A DNA stretch of 60,147 nt, the filler included. It is 5 parts of 5 records of this genome, joined end to end, with 100 filler letters (N's around TTAATTAATTAA, not from the genome) between each part and the next. Parts side by side here need not be neighbours in the genome. Positions count along the whole stretch, not along the records: positions 1 to 12,273 come from DRR723986_9013; 4 more parts are not named here. The stretch is one strand, 5' to 3'. Under the pieces are notes generated by a model. The model saw nothing but the letters and a program-made list of their open reading frames with translations. It was not told the DNA's origin and did no database searches. Position numbers and translations under genes: made by a program. This document shows, piece by piece, positions 1 through 9,300 of this stretch (positions are counted from its first letter, which is position 1; each line of letters starts with the position of its first letter).

Positions 1-3000
1 GTAATTCCACTTAACAACTTCGAGCTGCATCAGTTTATTTAACACATCCTTCGCGTCGAGTTGTGTGAAATTTTCCTTGCGATTGCGGTCGGACGTATTT
101 GTCCAGACACCACCGTTCGACAAGTAGGCGCCTGTAACGGTGTTAATTAAACGCGTAGCAGCACTTGGAGCTTGACCACCCGTATTGGTAACGTACATTC
201 CACCGTCAGCACGGAACACCATTTGTTCGTTGCGCCCAGTGCGGATGCGGTCTGTGTTGCCTGAATTTGAATTAGCCGCAATCACAACTGATCCACTATG
301 CGCTGCCGAACTTTGGTTACCAAGTGCAATGCTGTGTGAACCAATCGCCGAATCCCTGCGCCCCATTGCAAAGGAATATAAACCAACTGTGACGTTGCTA
401 AGACCTCCGGCAATTGCCGAGAGCGCACCTTCCGCCAGGTTGCGTGAACCGCCCAGAACTGCCGAGTTTGCGCCTTCAGCGTCATTATACGAGCCACCGC
501 CAATCATCGCAAAATCTTCGGTTACGACATTGCCAAAACCACCGAGCACCGCCGCTTCAAAATTGCGAGCTTCGTTAAACTGGCCACCGCCAACAAAGGA
601 TGCAGTTCCTGAGGCGATATTATCGCGCCCGCCACCGACGAAAGACATATCTCCGACGGCATCGTTAAAACGGCCGCCAACAATGGCTGAGTACACGCCG
701 ACCGCGTCATTTTCGAGGCCGCCACCAACGAAAGATGTGTCGGCCAATGCACGGTTGCGAATCCCACCAACAACAACAGATGCGGCTGCATCGGGACCAA
801 CCAGATTGCCAAGTCCGCCACCAACAAAAGAGTATTCGGTAGCAGTGCGGTTATCGCGACCACCAACAACGGCGCCGTATCTTTCTTGCGCGTCATTATC
901 GTAACCGCCAACTACAACACAGAAATCTTCATCTTCAACGCCGCCAATTCCGTTGCGCCCGGCGAAGTTTTTGTAGCCACCACCGACGAAGGAGTAATCG
1001 CCGTATACGCGGTTTAACTCACCGCCGCCCAGGAACCCATAACTCCCCTGTGTTTCGTTGAAGTTTCCGCCGACAACAACACTCGCAGGGCCCAGAACAG
1101 TGTTGGAGTCACCACCGACGATCAATGAATGTGCACCAAAAAAGCCGATCTGGTTATAATGCCCACCGCCCACAAAGGCGTGTTCGCCGTTGGACAGGTT
1201 CGACTCACCGGCGCCAATAATACCGAAGCGCCCGCCGACGCGATTACGCGCACCACCGCCAATAGTGCTGCCCACTTGTGAGACCGTGTTCCCCGCTCCA
1301 CCAAGTATCGCACTCGAATCGGCCGTCACCTGGTTGTTGTGTCCACCGACGATAGCGCTGCGGATGCCGGCGACGCGCGAATTGCGCCCACCGAGAATCG
1401 AGGATGAATTACCTGAGACGTTGTTAAACGATCCGCCGCCAATTGCTGAGTTGTTGCCACTGGCTTTGTTCATTTCGCCTGCGCCAATGAAGGCGGCAGA
1501 TCCGGACGAATGATTTTCAGTTCCACCAACGACAGCACTGTGCACTGCGCTGGCCGTGTCGGCTTTACCACCGCCAACAAATGACCAGGTACCGACGGCG
1601 CGGTTGTTTTGTCCGCCAACGACGGCATCGTAGCCATCCTGATCCTGCTCAGTTAACAGTGCTTCCAGCCCGGCGGCATTGCCGTTTCCGCCACCCACGA
1701 ATGTGCTGCGGCGGTTTGTGTTGTTGGAGTTCCCGCCACCAACGGCGCCATATGGACCGTAAACATTGTTAAACGCGCCCGCGCCCAGGAATCCATGACT
1801 TCCACGAATCTGATTGTTCTCACCGCTGCCCATAAAAGCCGCACCGGCGGTCAGGTTGTTAAACGCGCCGCCACCCATAATTGAGCCATACCCGCTCAGG
1901 CCGTTGTATTCACCGCCCAGGATGCTCGCATGTGTGCCGTTAACAAAATTGCTGTATCCGCCCAGAACACTGGATGCGTAACCATTCACAGCATTGGATT
2001 CACCACCGAGAACCACGCTGTAACGTCCGCGCGCATCGTTATAGGAGCCGTTGACGACGGCCGTGCCTTCGCCGCCGGCGCTGTTAAATGTCCCATTGCC
2101 AACCAGGGTGTTGATGCCGCGCGCCGTATTGTCCTCACCATTTAACACGGTGGCACGCGTAGACGTGGCTTTGTTATTCTCACCAAACACCACTGAATAC
2201 GGCCCGATATTGGTTGAGTCCCACTGGTCCCAGGAGGCCGATCCCGCGCGCAGCGCACGCCGATTCGGAATCCACATAAAACGCGTGCCGGGGCCATGCA
2301 GCGGTGTTTTGCCAAGCTCACCGGTCACCAGCAGCGCGCCGTCGTCAAGATGCAAACGCGCAAACGGCGCTTCAGTCCCAATCCCCACATTCGACTGTGT
2401 GACAGTCGCGCCCGTAGCCGGACGCCAAAGCTGCGATGCACCAGTCGTTGATCCGCCGCCGCCCAGCGCCGAGATCGTAATGCTCGTGCCCGTCACACTC
2501 ACCGAAATGTTCGTGCCGGCCACTATTTGTATATGCTCCTGCAGTCCGTTCAGCGACCGCAGCATTGTTCCCGAGGTGATATTCCCGCCCGTAACCAGCT
2601 CCACACGCGCCGCGCGCAAAGCGTAGGGCACCGACTGCAAGGCCAAACGTGGCTGCATCTCCGGGTCCGCGCCCACTTTTGTGCCCAGGAAATACTGTCG
2701 GTCAAAACTGAGGTTCAGGGTCGTCACCGCGCCGAGGGCCACGCTAAACAAACCCGAAGTAACCTGGACCGTCTGTGTTTCCGTCCACAGCGCCGTACCG
2801 CCGGTAGACTGGCTGTAGAGGCGGAATTCCACCGAATATGGACCGTCGGCCACCAGGCTGCCGCTCGTAGTTGTCAATAGTGCCTGATAGCTGATGGTGT
2901 GCGGCAGGGATGACGGCGTTGAGGCCGACATCGAAGCAGGAACCAGCAGCGAGGCACAGGCCAGCAGGCCCAACAGCAGGGAGAGAGAGAGAAATCTTCG

Positions 3001-3003
3001 CAT
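1..3003 (-). CDS. Exported trimeric fibre/adhesin with Gly-rich 15-aa beta-roll repeats and C-terminal Peptidase S74 (intramolecular chaperone) domain; 3'-truncated at window edge (>=1001 aa)
   Basis: Manual translation from ATG at 3003 is open to base 1. It reads MRRFLSLSLLLGLLACASLLVPAS (signal peptide), LPHTISYQALLT...EMQPRLALQSVPYALRA, NVGIGTEAPFARLHL, GTRFMWIPNRRALRAG, ~40 repeats like SVVLGGESNAVNGYA, then GAYLSNGGVWTNTSDRNRKENF...WNY (S74 S-D-x-x-x-K motif, Ser codon 93-91). It is absent from the ORF track, probably because it has no stop in the window. Confidence 0.9.
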   Translation of the reverse strand, partial: MRRFLSLSLLLGLLACASLLVPASMSASTPSSLPHTISYQALLTTTSGSLVADGPYSVEFRLYSQSTGGTALWTETQTVQVTSGLFSVALGAVTTLNLSFDRQYFLGTKVGADPEMQPRLALQSVPYALRAARVELVTGGNITSGTMLRSLNGLQEHIQIVAGTNISVSVTGTSITISALGGGGSTTGASQLWRPATGATVTQSNVGIGTEAPFARLHLDDGALLVTGELGKTPLHGPGTRFMWIPNRRALRAGSASWDQWDSTNIGPYSVVFGENNKATSTRATVLNGEDNTARGINTLVGNGTFNSAGGEGTAVVNGSYNDARGRYSVVLGGESNAVNGYASSVLGGYSNFVNGTHASILGGEYNGLSGYGSIMGGGAFNNLTAGAAFMGSGENNQIRGSHGFLGAGAFNNVYGPYGAVGGGNSNNTNRRSTFVGGGNGNAAGLEALLTEQDQDGYDAVVGGQNNRAVGTWSFVGGGKADTASAVHSAVVGGTENHSSGSAAFIGAGEMNKASGNNSAIGGGSFNNVSGNSSSILGGRNSRVAGIRSAIVGGHNNQVTADSSAILGGAGNTVSQVGSTIGGGARNRVGGRFGIIGAGESNLSNGEHAFVGGGHYNQIGFFGAHSLIVGGDSNTVLGPASVVVGGNFNETQGSYGFLGGGELNRVYGDYSFVGGGYKNFAGRNGIGGVEDEDFCVVVGGYDNDAQERYGAVVGGRDNRTATEYSFVGGGLGNLVGPDAAASVVVGGIRNRALADTSFVGGGLENDAVGVYSAIVGGRFNDAVGDMSFVGGGRDNIASGTASFVGGGQFNEARNFEAAVLGGFGNVVTEDFAMIGGGSYNDAEGANSAVLGGSRNLAEGALSAIAGGLSNVTVGLYSFAMGRRDSAIGSHSIALGNQSSAAHSGSVVIAANSNSGNTDRIRTGRNEQMVFRADGGMYVTNTGGQAPSAATRLINTVTGAYLSNGGVWTNTSDRNRKENFTQLDAKDVLNKLMQLEVVKWNY
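300..2200 (-). repeat. Coding tandem repeat, ~45-nt/15-aa period (x-x-[VILF]-[VILG]-G-G-x-x-N-x-[AV]-x-G), about 40 degenerate units
   Basis: GG...N recurs every 15 residues in the minus-strand translation; seen on the + strand as recurring ccgcc/ccacc runs. Boundaries approximate. Confidence 0.85.
2981..2992. repeat. (GA)6 dinucleotide run inside the signal-peptide codons of the fibre gene
   Basis: gagagagagaga at 2981-2992, codons 4-8 of the fibre ORF. Confidence 0.7.
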
Positions 3004-3177
3004 GCCAAAAAACCACTCTTTATAATGCTTGATTTGGGCGCGGAAACAGCCACATCCCAATGTTTATCAGCAAACTATCTGAAGCCGTCCTGCCGCTGAA
3101 ACCATCTTGGATTTCATTCTTAGCATCCCACAGTGATTTTTGCGGCGCGGCCGTCCGCACACTTTAGCCGCCAGGCC

Positions 3178-3207
3178 TTGACTGGAGCGGCCTCCCAGGT
3201 AATTTTG
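3178..3207 (+). promoter_or_regulatory. Candidate Bacteroidota-type sigma-A promoter (TTG-N19-TAnnTTTG); second -7-like box TATTTTTG at 3246-3253
   Basis: TTG 3178-3180, 19-nt spacer, TAATTTTG 3200-3207, upstream of ATG 3290. Confidence 0.4.
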
Positions 3208-3289
3208 GCGCCCTGCTTTTCCTGCGGATTATACGCGCATTTGTGTATTTTTGCAGCGGTGTTCCACTCCTCTCTCTCAGAGTGTAATT

Positions 3290-4786
3290 ATGCCGGCAAA
3301 AGCGTCCAGCGACCTTTTTGATCTCATCAAATCTCTTGATGCGGGCGAAAAGCGCTACTTCAAACTTCAGGCCCAACTGCAGAAGGGCTCCAAGAATTAT
3401 CTGCTGCTGTTTAACGCGATCGACAAGCAGTCCGAGTACGACGAGGCGCGTATCAAACGCAAGTTTGAGGGGCAGGCCTTTGCACGCCAGATTTCGGTGG
3501 CCAAAAACTATCTCTACAACCTGATCCTGGACGCCCTCGAAGCCTATCACGAGGATGGACCGCTGGAGGTACGGCGGCTGGCACATAAGGCTGAAATTCT
3601 GCTGAACAAGGGGCTATGGTCGCAGTCGCGTAAAGTTCTCGGACGTGCGCGCGAACAGGCCCAACGCGCCGAATATTTTCTGGAGCTGCTTTCGGTGCAG
3701 GCCATGGAGTGGCGCCTGGCCTTTGATTCTGCACGCGACTATAGCGACCTGGGGCAGAAATCGGAAGAGTTTCTGGAAGAGTTAAACGCCACAATTAACA
3801 AAATGCGCAATCTTAACCAGTATAATTACGGTGTGTCCAAACTGCCATTTATCCAAACGGATATGTACCGTACGTCCAAGCGCGAAAAAATCCGCGCGGA
3901 GTTAACAAAACTACTGGATCACCCCCTGCTTAGCGGCGAACAGCAGGCACTATCCTTCAGGGCACGCGGATTTTACCACGACACACGCGGCCATATTTTT
4001 CTGGCTATCGGTTTAACTGAAAAGGCGGCTGAAGAGCGGCGGCATCAGATGGAATTGGACGGCGCGCACATCGAAATTTCTGGCGTTGAAAATTATCTGA
4101 TTTCGATTCACAACCTGGGTTCGGTTCTTGTGGCGCTTGGACGTTTTGCGGAACTTAACGAATTGATTGACCGCATTAACGCAGTCTGCGAAAATAAGTC
4201 TTACATTCGCCAGGGCCGTATTTTGGCACGCGCCAGCTACACGCGCGTATTTTTGGCGCAGTACTCGATTCTGGGCAACGACCAGGATGATCCAGAGTTG
4301 TTAATAAGCATGGAAGCGCAGATTAAAGAGTACGCCGCTGTTAATGGCACTCGCCGCACCTCGCTCTCAACGATGTTGTTTGCAATGATACATTTACGCT
4401 ACGAGCGCTACGACCGGGCCCTCGAAATTGCGATGCGGTTTTTAAACGATACTCCGCCGACGATCCTGCGTGACTTCCACGTTCTGATGCGCATCTGTGC
4501 AATGTTATGCCTCTATGAATCCGGTGCGATTGTGGCGGTCGAACATGGCATTAAAGCACTTAAACGCTACACAAAACATCCGGAACTCTCGACGGACTAC
4601 GAGCGCAATATTTTCGACGCACTTAACAAATTGCTACGCATTAAAACTCCTGCCGAGGAACGCGAAGTATTTAAGGCGCTTCACACCACGTTGGCGGAAC
4701 TCCTGGCACAACAGAAAGGTTATGCGGCGGTCTTGCAACCGGTGTTTGTGACCTGGATTGAACGGCATGCGGATAAATACTCTTAA
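3290..4786 (+). CDS. Conserved hypothetical alpha-helical/TPR-like protein (LFDLIKSL..EKRYFK family), 498 aa
   Basis: ATG 3290 gives MPAKASSDLFDLIKSLDAGEKRYFK...YLLLFNAIDKQSEYDE...KNYLYNLILDAL, an N-terminus I recognise from Bacteroidota hypothetical proteins; the rest is helical-repeat-like with no signal peptide or TM segment. Confidence 0.75.
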   Translation: MPAKASSDLFDLIKSLDAGEKRYFKLQAQLQKGSKNYLLLFNAIDKQSEYDEARIKRKFEGQAFARQISVAKNYLYNLILDALEAYHEDGPLEVRRLAHKAEILLNKGLWSQSRKVLGRAREQAQRAEYFLELLSVQAMEWRLAFDSARDYSDLGQKSEEFLEELNATINKMRNLNQYNYGVSKLPFIQTDMYRTSKREKIRAELTKLLDHPLLSGEQQALSFRARGFYHDTRGHIFLAIGLTEKAAEERRHQMELDGAHIEISGVENYLISIHNLGSVLVALGRFAELNELIDRINAVCENKSYIRQGRILARASYTRVFLAQYSILGNDQDDPELLISMEAQIKEYAAVNGTRRTSLSTMLFAMIHLRYERYDRALEIAMRFLNDTPPTILRDFHVLMRICAMLCLYESGAIVAVEHGIKALKRYTKHPELSTDYERNIFDALNKLLRIKTPAEEREVFKALHTTLAELLAQQKGYAAVLQPVFVTWIERHADKYS

Positions 4787-5039
4787 CGCATTCTGAACGT
4801 TTGAGCGCTGCGCCCTCCGGCAGTATCCTTCGCCAGGCTCCGTATACTTTGTTTGGCTGGCTTTTTTCCTTTTGTTCGTCACGGATGCTGCAGCCTCAAG
4901 ATCTTGAGCCTACAAGACTTTTGTCTCAAGAGTTTGACGCTGATGGTTCAGCGACAAACAAAACAATCAAAGAGCCTGAGCCGCAACGCAGTGGAGAGCT
5001 CAAAGCGCTCAAGGCCGACATTAACAATTCAATACATTG

Positions 5040-5564
5040 TCAACTTCCACCAGAAGTCTTTAACAGTTGAGTAATCGTCGCCAAATGATGATCGTCGTGC
5101 TCCGCAGCAAAAAATGCCAGATCCGTCAAACCCATCGGCAGCTTAAGGCGCGGATGATGTGAAGTTTTGTCCAGGTCACGCGCAGGCAAGTCCTCCAGGC
5201 TGCGCACAAAACGCATGCGCACAAAACGGAACTCCGTTAACACCTCACTAAACACACGGCTGTCATAATCAGTTTGATCGGTGGCTTTATTCGTCATATC
5301 CGCCGCCGTGAGAGTTTGCACATTATTAACAATTTCTTCTAGCCGACGCAGCCAGAGTGGCTCAAGGTCAATTAAATGCCCCACGTGTTTTTGGATGGAC
5401 CAGGCCGGCGCAGAAACCTTGCTGGTTAATACTTGAGCCGGAATGCCACGCAGGCGATCTTCGATACGCGCAGGTGTGCCGCGTAAACGTTCAAGTAGTT
5501 CCGGCAGATGAGCCGCAGGTAACCCCAAGTCAAATTTGCGTTCAATCCACAATCGCTGCTGCAT
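5040..5564 (-). CDS. DinB/YfiT-family four-helix protein (putative metal-dependent thiol transferase)
   Basis: WSIQKHVGHLIDLE and AEHDDHHL His motifs; AAGGA SD precedes ATG 5564 (alternative start 5570). Confidence 0.8.
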   Translation of the reverse strand: MQQRLWIERKFDLGLPAAHLPELLERLRGTPARIEDRLRGIPAQVLTSKVSAPAWSIQKHVGHLIDLEPLWLRRLEEIVNNVQTLTAADMTNKATDQTDYDSRVFSEVLTEFRFVRMRFVRSLEDLPARDLDKTSHHPRLKLPMGLTDLAFFAAEHDDHHLATITQLLKTSGGS

Positions 5565-6341
5565 ATTCATTCCTTATGGCTTCGATTCTACATCGCTAAG
5601 ATAATATCGCTTTTTTAGCACATTACATAAGCTACCTGCTGACGAACTTGCCGAGCCGGCCACCAGAGTTCCACAGAAAAAACTGATTTTAAGCCATAAA
5701 CGTGTAAAAAATGATTTGGTAATTGGTGTGGCGCTCACTAGTTTTACAACTCAGCTACCTGCCAAGGAGTTGAAACAACTGTGACTGCTACTGTTTTAGG
5801 ACTTCACCTACACTCGCTACGTGTGTTTGATCGCCGAAAGAAGTCCTGAAATAGATGCATTCCGCTACATTAAGCTAACATTTGTGTGCCGTGCACCAGC
5901 ATTCATACCTGGGCCTACTTTTGTGCGCCCAAAATATGTTGAAACGCACACGATGAACTTCACAAGCCGAAAATGCAGTCACTTCCCGTTAACTACATTT
6001 CTTTAGTCGTCTAGTCCGGGCTGGAGGATCGGAACTGCGAATTAGTGATTCAAATTCGCCGAATGCACATTCCGGATACACGCCGGATCACACAGGACAC
6101 ACGTTGTCCTGCCCCATTATCAATTGATTACGATAATGTTTTGCCGCATGACGCTACACACTTCGTCAATGCACTGTACAGTTACTGTATGCCGTGCTGG
6201 TAGCACACAACTTTTACTGTCCTGTTTATAGTTCCAGTGGTCAAAGGCTCGCACAAGCTATACCCACTAACCATTATTACTTCGCTTAACATTTTAAGCG
6301 GATAGAAACTCCCTTGTCTACATTCGATAGGATCATATCCC

Positions 6342-9300
6342 ATGCACAAACCTAACAGTCTGTTAATGGCGTTGCTGACAGTTTGCAGCGTCTTTCTTTA
6401 TTCAGTCCACGATGCTGAGGCGATTACACGCACCGTGACTTCGTCGGCAAACTCCGGAGCCGGAACGCTGCGGGATGCAGTTTCTGCCGCAGCCGATGGT
6501 GACGTAATTGTTTTCGACGGCGCGGTATCAAGCATCACACTCAGTACACAGATAGAAATTGACAACAGCATTACAATCCAGGGGCCAAATGCGGACCTTT
6601 TAACGATTTCGGGTGGTTCCAGCACACGAATGTTCTATGTCAATGGAGCAAGTAAAACTGTCACGATCTCAGGCATTAAATTTCTGAATGGACGCAGCCT
6701 GGCCACACCAGTACTTAACTTTATTGTTGGTGGCGGCGCAATTTTCCACGCACAGGGCATCCTCAACATAGACGAATGTGAATTTGAGGGCAATATTGCC
6801 GACGATGGGAACAACACAACGACCTTTGGCTATGGTGGCGCGATCATGAGTCAAAGTGAACTGCACGTCAGCAATTCCTTGTTTTATCAGAACTCCCTGA
6901 ATAACAATGCGGCGTATGGTGGTGGCGCTGTTTACGTTCAGGACAACACGGCCGACCATGACGTATCATTTAACAACTGCACATTTTTTGACAACAGTGT
7001 AGTTAACGGTAATGCCATCGCCGATGGCGGAGCGTTGTATATATCTGAGAATACAGGCTCGGGAACCGACACAGCACCACTTGTCGAAGTCATTAATTGC
7101 ACATTTTACAGCAACAATTCCAACAGTGAAGGCGAAGAGATTCACATCTTCTCAAATGGCCCCGATGTATCAATATACTTGCAAAACAACATTTTTGACC
7201 GCGATGCAGCCGATGGAAACCAGGAGTCCGTTACCTGCGATTGCGCAGGTGGAATAACATTCACAACTGCGGGCGGTAATATTTACTGGGACACACCAGA
7301 CTTCCAGATATCAACCAGCGGCACACGCGACCTTGTATCCCAGGGCATTAACGGTGCAGGGCTGACCGGTACGCTGGGACTGAATGGCGGCGGCATTCGC
7401 AGTATTCCGATTGACGAGACCACGAGTCTTGCGTACGAAAATGGCACGCCAAGTACAACAATTGCGACAGTCCTGGCACGCGACATGCGCGATTTTAAAC
7501 TGGCCGGTCTAAACCGCGACGCCGGAGCCTTTGAATTTGCGGGTCTATTTCCATTCCTGACCTTTAGTCCGGCCGACAACTCAATCGACGTTAACGAATC
7601 ATCGAATCTCGTGATCGGTTTTGAGCACAATGTTAGCTTTGGAACCGGCAGCATTGAAATTCGCAAAGTCTCAGACAACAGCCTCGTGACGTCGATCCCG
7701 GTGATTAGCAGTCAGGTTACGGGTACAGGGACCCGAACGGTAACAATTAACCCAACAGCGACGCTACCGAGCGGCACCGAGTTGCGGGTGAATATTCCCT
7801 CGGCTGCTTTTAAAGCGATTCAGGATGAGTCCAACGAAGCGATTAGCGGTGCAGCCTGGACCTTTACAACTACCGGAGCGTCAATCACAGCGCCAAGCCA
7901 GATAGCGTGGAGCACAACGGCGTCGGGCAACAACGCCGCATTTAATACGAACAATCAGGCTGGGCTGTTCAATCGCTTTATTCTACAGGTTGAGGCAAAT
8001 GCCAATCGCGAATCGAGCGATATTGTCTCCCAGATTTCATCGTTTGACAATGCCGGAAACATTACCGCAGTTACAAGTCAAACCGTCCTGACGTATGAGT
8101 TGTTTACGGGTTTTGCAGGAGCCTCCGTGCCAACGCCCGGCGCGCTGCTTCAGCCGTCGTCAGCGAGTACGGATGCGACCCTGCGCGTCAGTTTGAAAGA
8201 CAGGTTTGCACGCGGAGCGAATTTAACGGCCAAAACAACTGACAACAGCTTAACGTCAACAGTTGTTACGGTTACGATTCTGCTACCCAAAGCCACACAG
8301 ATTGGATTAAGTTCGACCTTTGGAACGCTCGGTGGTGGCAAAGGAAATGGCATCGGCATCGACGGGTTTAATGGTGGTGTGACCAGTTTGCCGGCTTCAA
8401 CAACACTTAACATTAGCCTGGCCACTTTCGATGACGCAAACTATATTGTGGCAACGGGCAATAGCACGTTTCCTATCTTCTTCAACACGACATCCGTTAC
8501 AGCTTCAATCGACAACCCGAATGTGACGCTCGGCGGCACAACGTCATTCACCTTTTCGCCGATCGCTGCTACGGCTACCGGCGCAATGACAATCGACTAT
8601 AATGGGTCTGTTGCTACGACGGCTGTAATAACCTTCACGAACAACGGTAGTCTGGGTTCGACGTCGGTAACGGTGCAACTTGCGCCGGATAATCGTGCGC
8701 GCTTCTTGGCTTTCTCTGATCAGGATATCACGGGTGTTGACGAGGTTAACACTGGAAACCTGGTTGTTGAAAACAATCAGATTTTCAACTTTAACTTCGG
8801 TACATTTTCAAACTCGACGACATTGCAGGCCACGTCTGCATCTGCCTGGTTGATGAATCAACAGCGTTACGGGCAGGTTACGCTACGTGTACTGGATAGC
8901 CCTTTTCCTTCTAACCCGGCAGTTAAACCAACGATTGTTGGTGTTGGTGGTGTCTGGGCGGCGGGTCCGTCCGTCAGTTCCACAAAAGCGGTTGTTTTAT
9001 TGAGTTCAACAAACTCAGTACAGAATGGTGTATTCCAAATGGGCTGGCTGGGCAGTAGTCCTACGACTGTAACACTCCAGCTCGTCGCCGGTTCAAATGC
9101 AGATGAGGGATTGGGGAGTTTAGCGTCCACGCAAGTGACTTTAACGATCAATCCTTCACCGCCGGATCGCCTGGCATTCAGCTCGACGGCATCAGATAGC
9201 AACGACGGTTTTAACCCGACAAATGTGTCTGGGCAGGCCAATCGTTTTATACTGCAGGCCGATGCTGCGCGCAGTGTTGTACCGACTGTGCGATACGCGG

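Noticed and set aside
300-2200. CRISPR-like or DGR-like repeat array
   Set aside because: The repeats are degenerate at DNA level, conserved only as amino acids, and no cas or reverse transcriptase gene is present.
185-2880. Pro-rich + strand ORFs (185-904, 1190-1513, 2051-2626 and others)
   Set aside because: They are antisense shadows of the Gly-rich minus-strand fibre gene; GGN codons read as CCN.
1-3003. Prophage tail-fibre interpretation
   Set aside because: The protein has a Sec-type signal peptide and there are no capsid, tail, integrase or lysis genes on the contig. DNA beyond base 1 is unseen.
4801-5074. Short ORFs 4801-5070 and 4853-5074
   Set aside because: TTG starts, no recognisable motif, and overlap with the DinB 3' end.
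5571-6341. Known riboswitch or tRNA in the long leader
   Set aside because: I could not match any consensus by eye; left as an open finding only.
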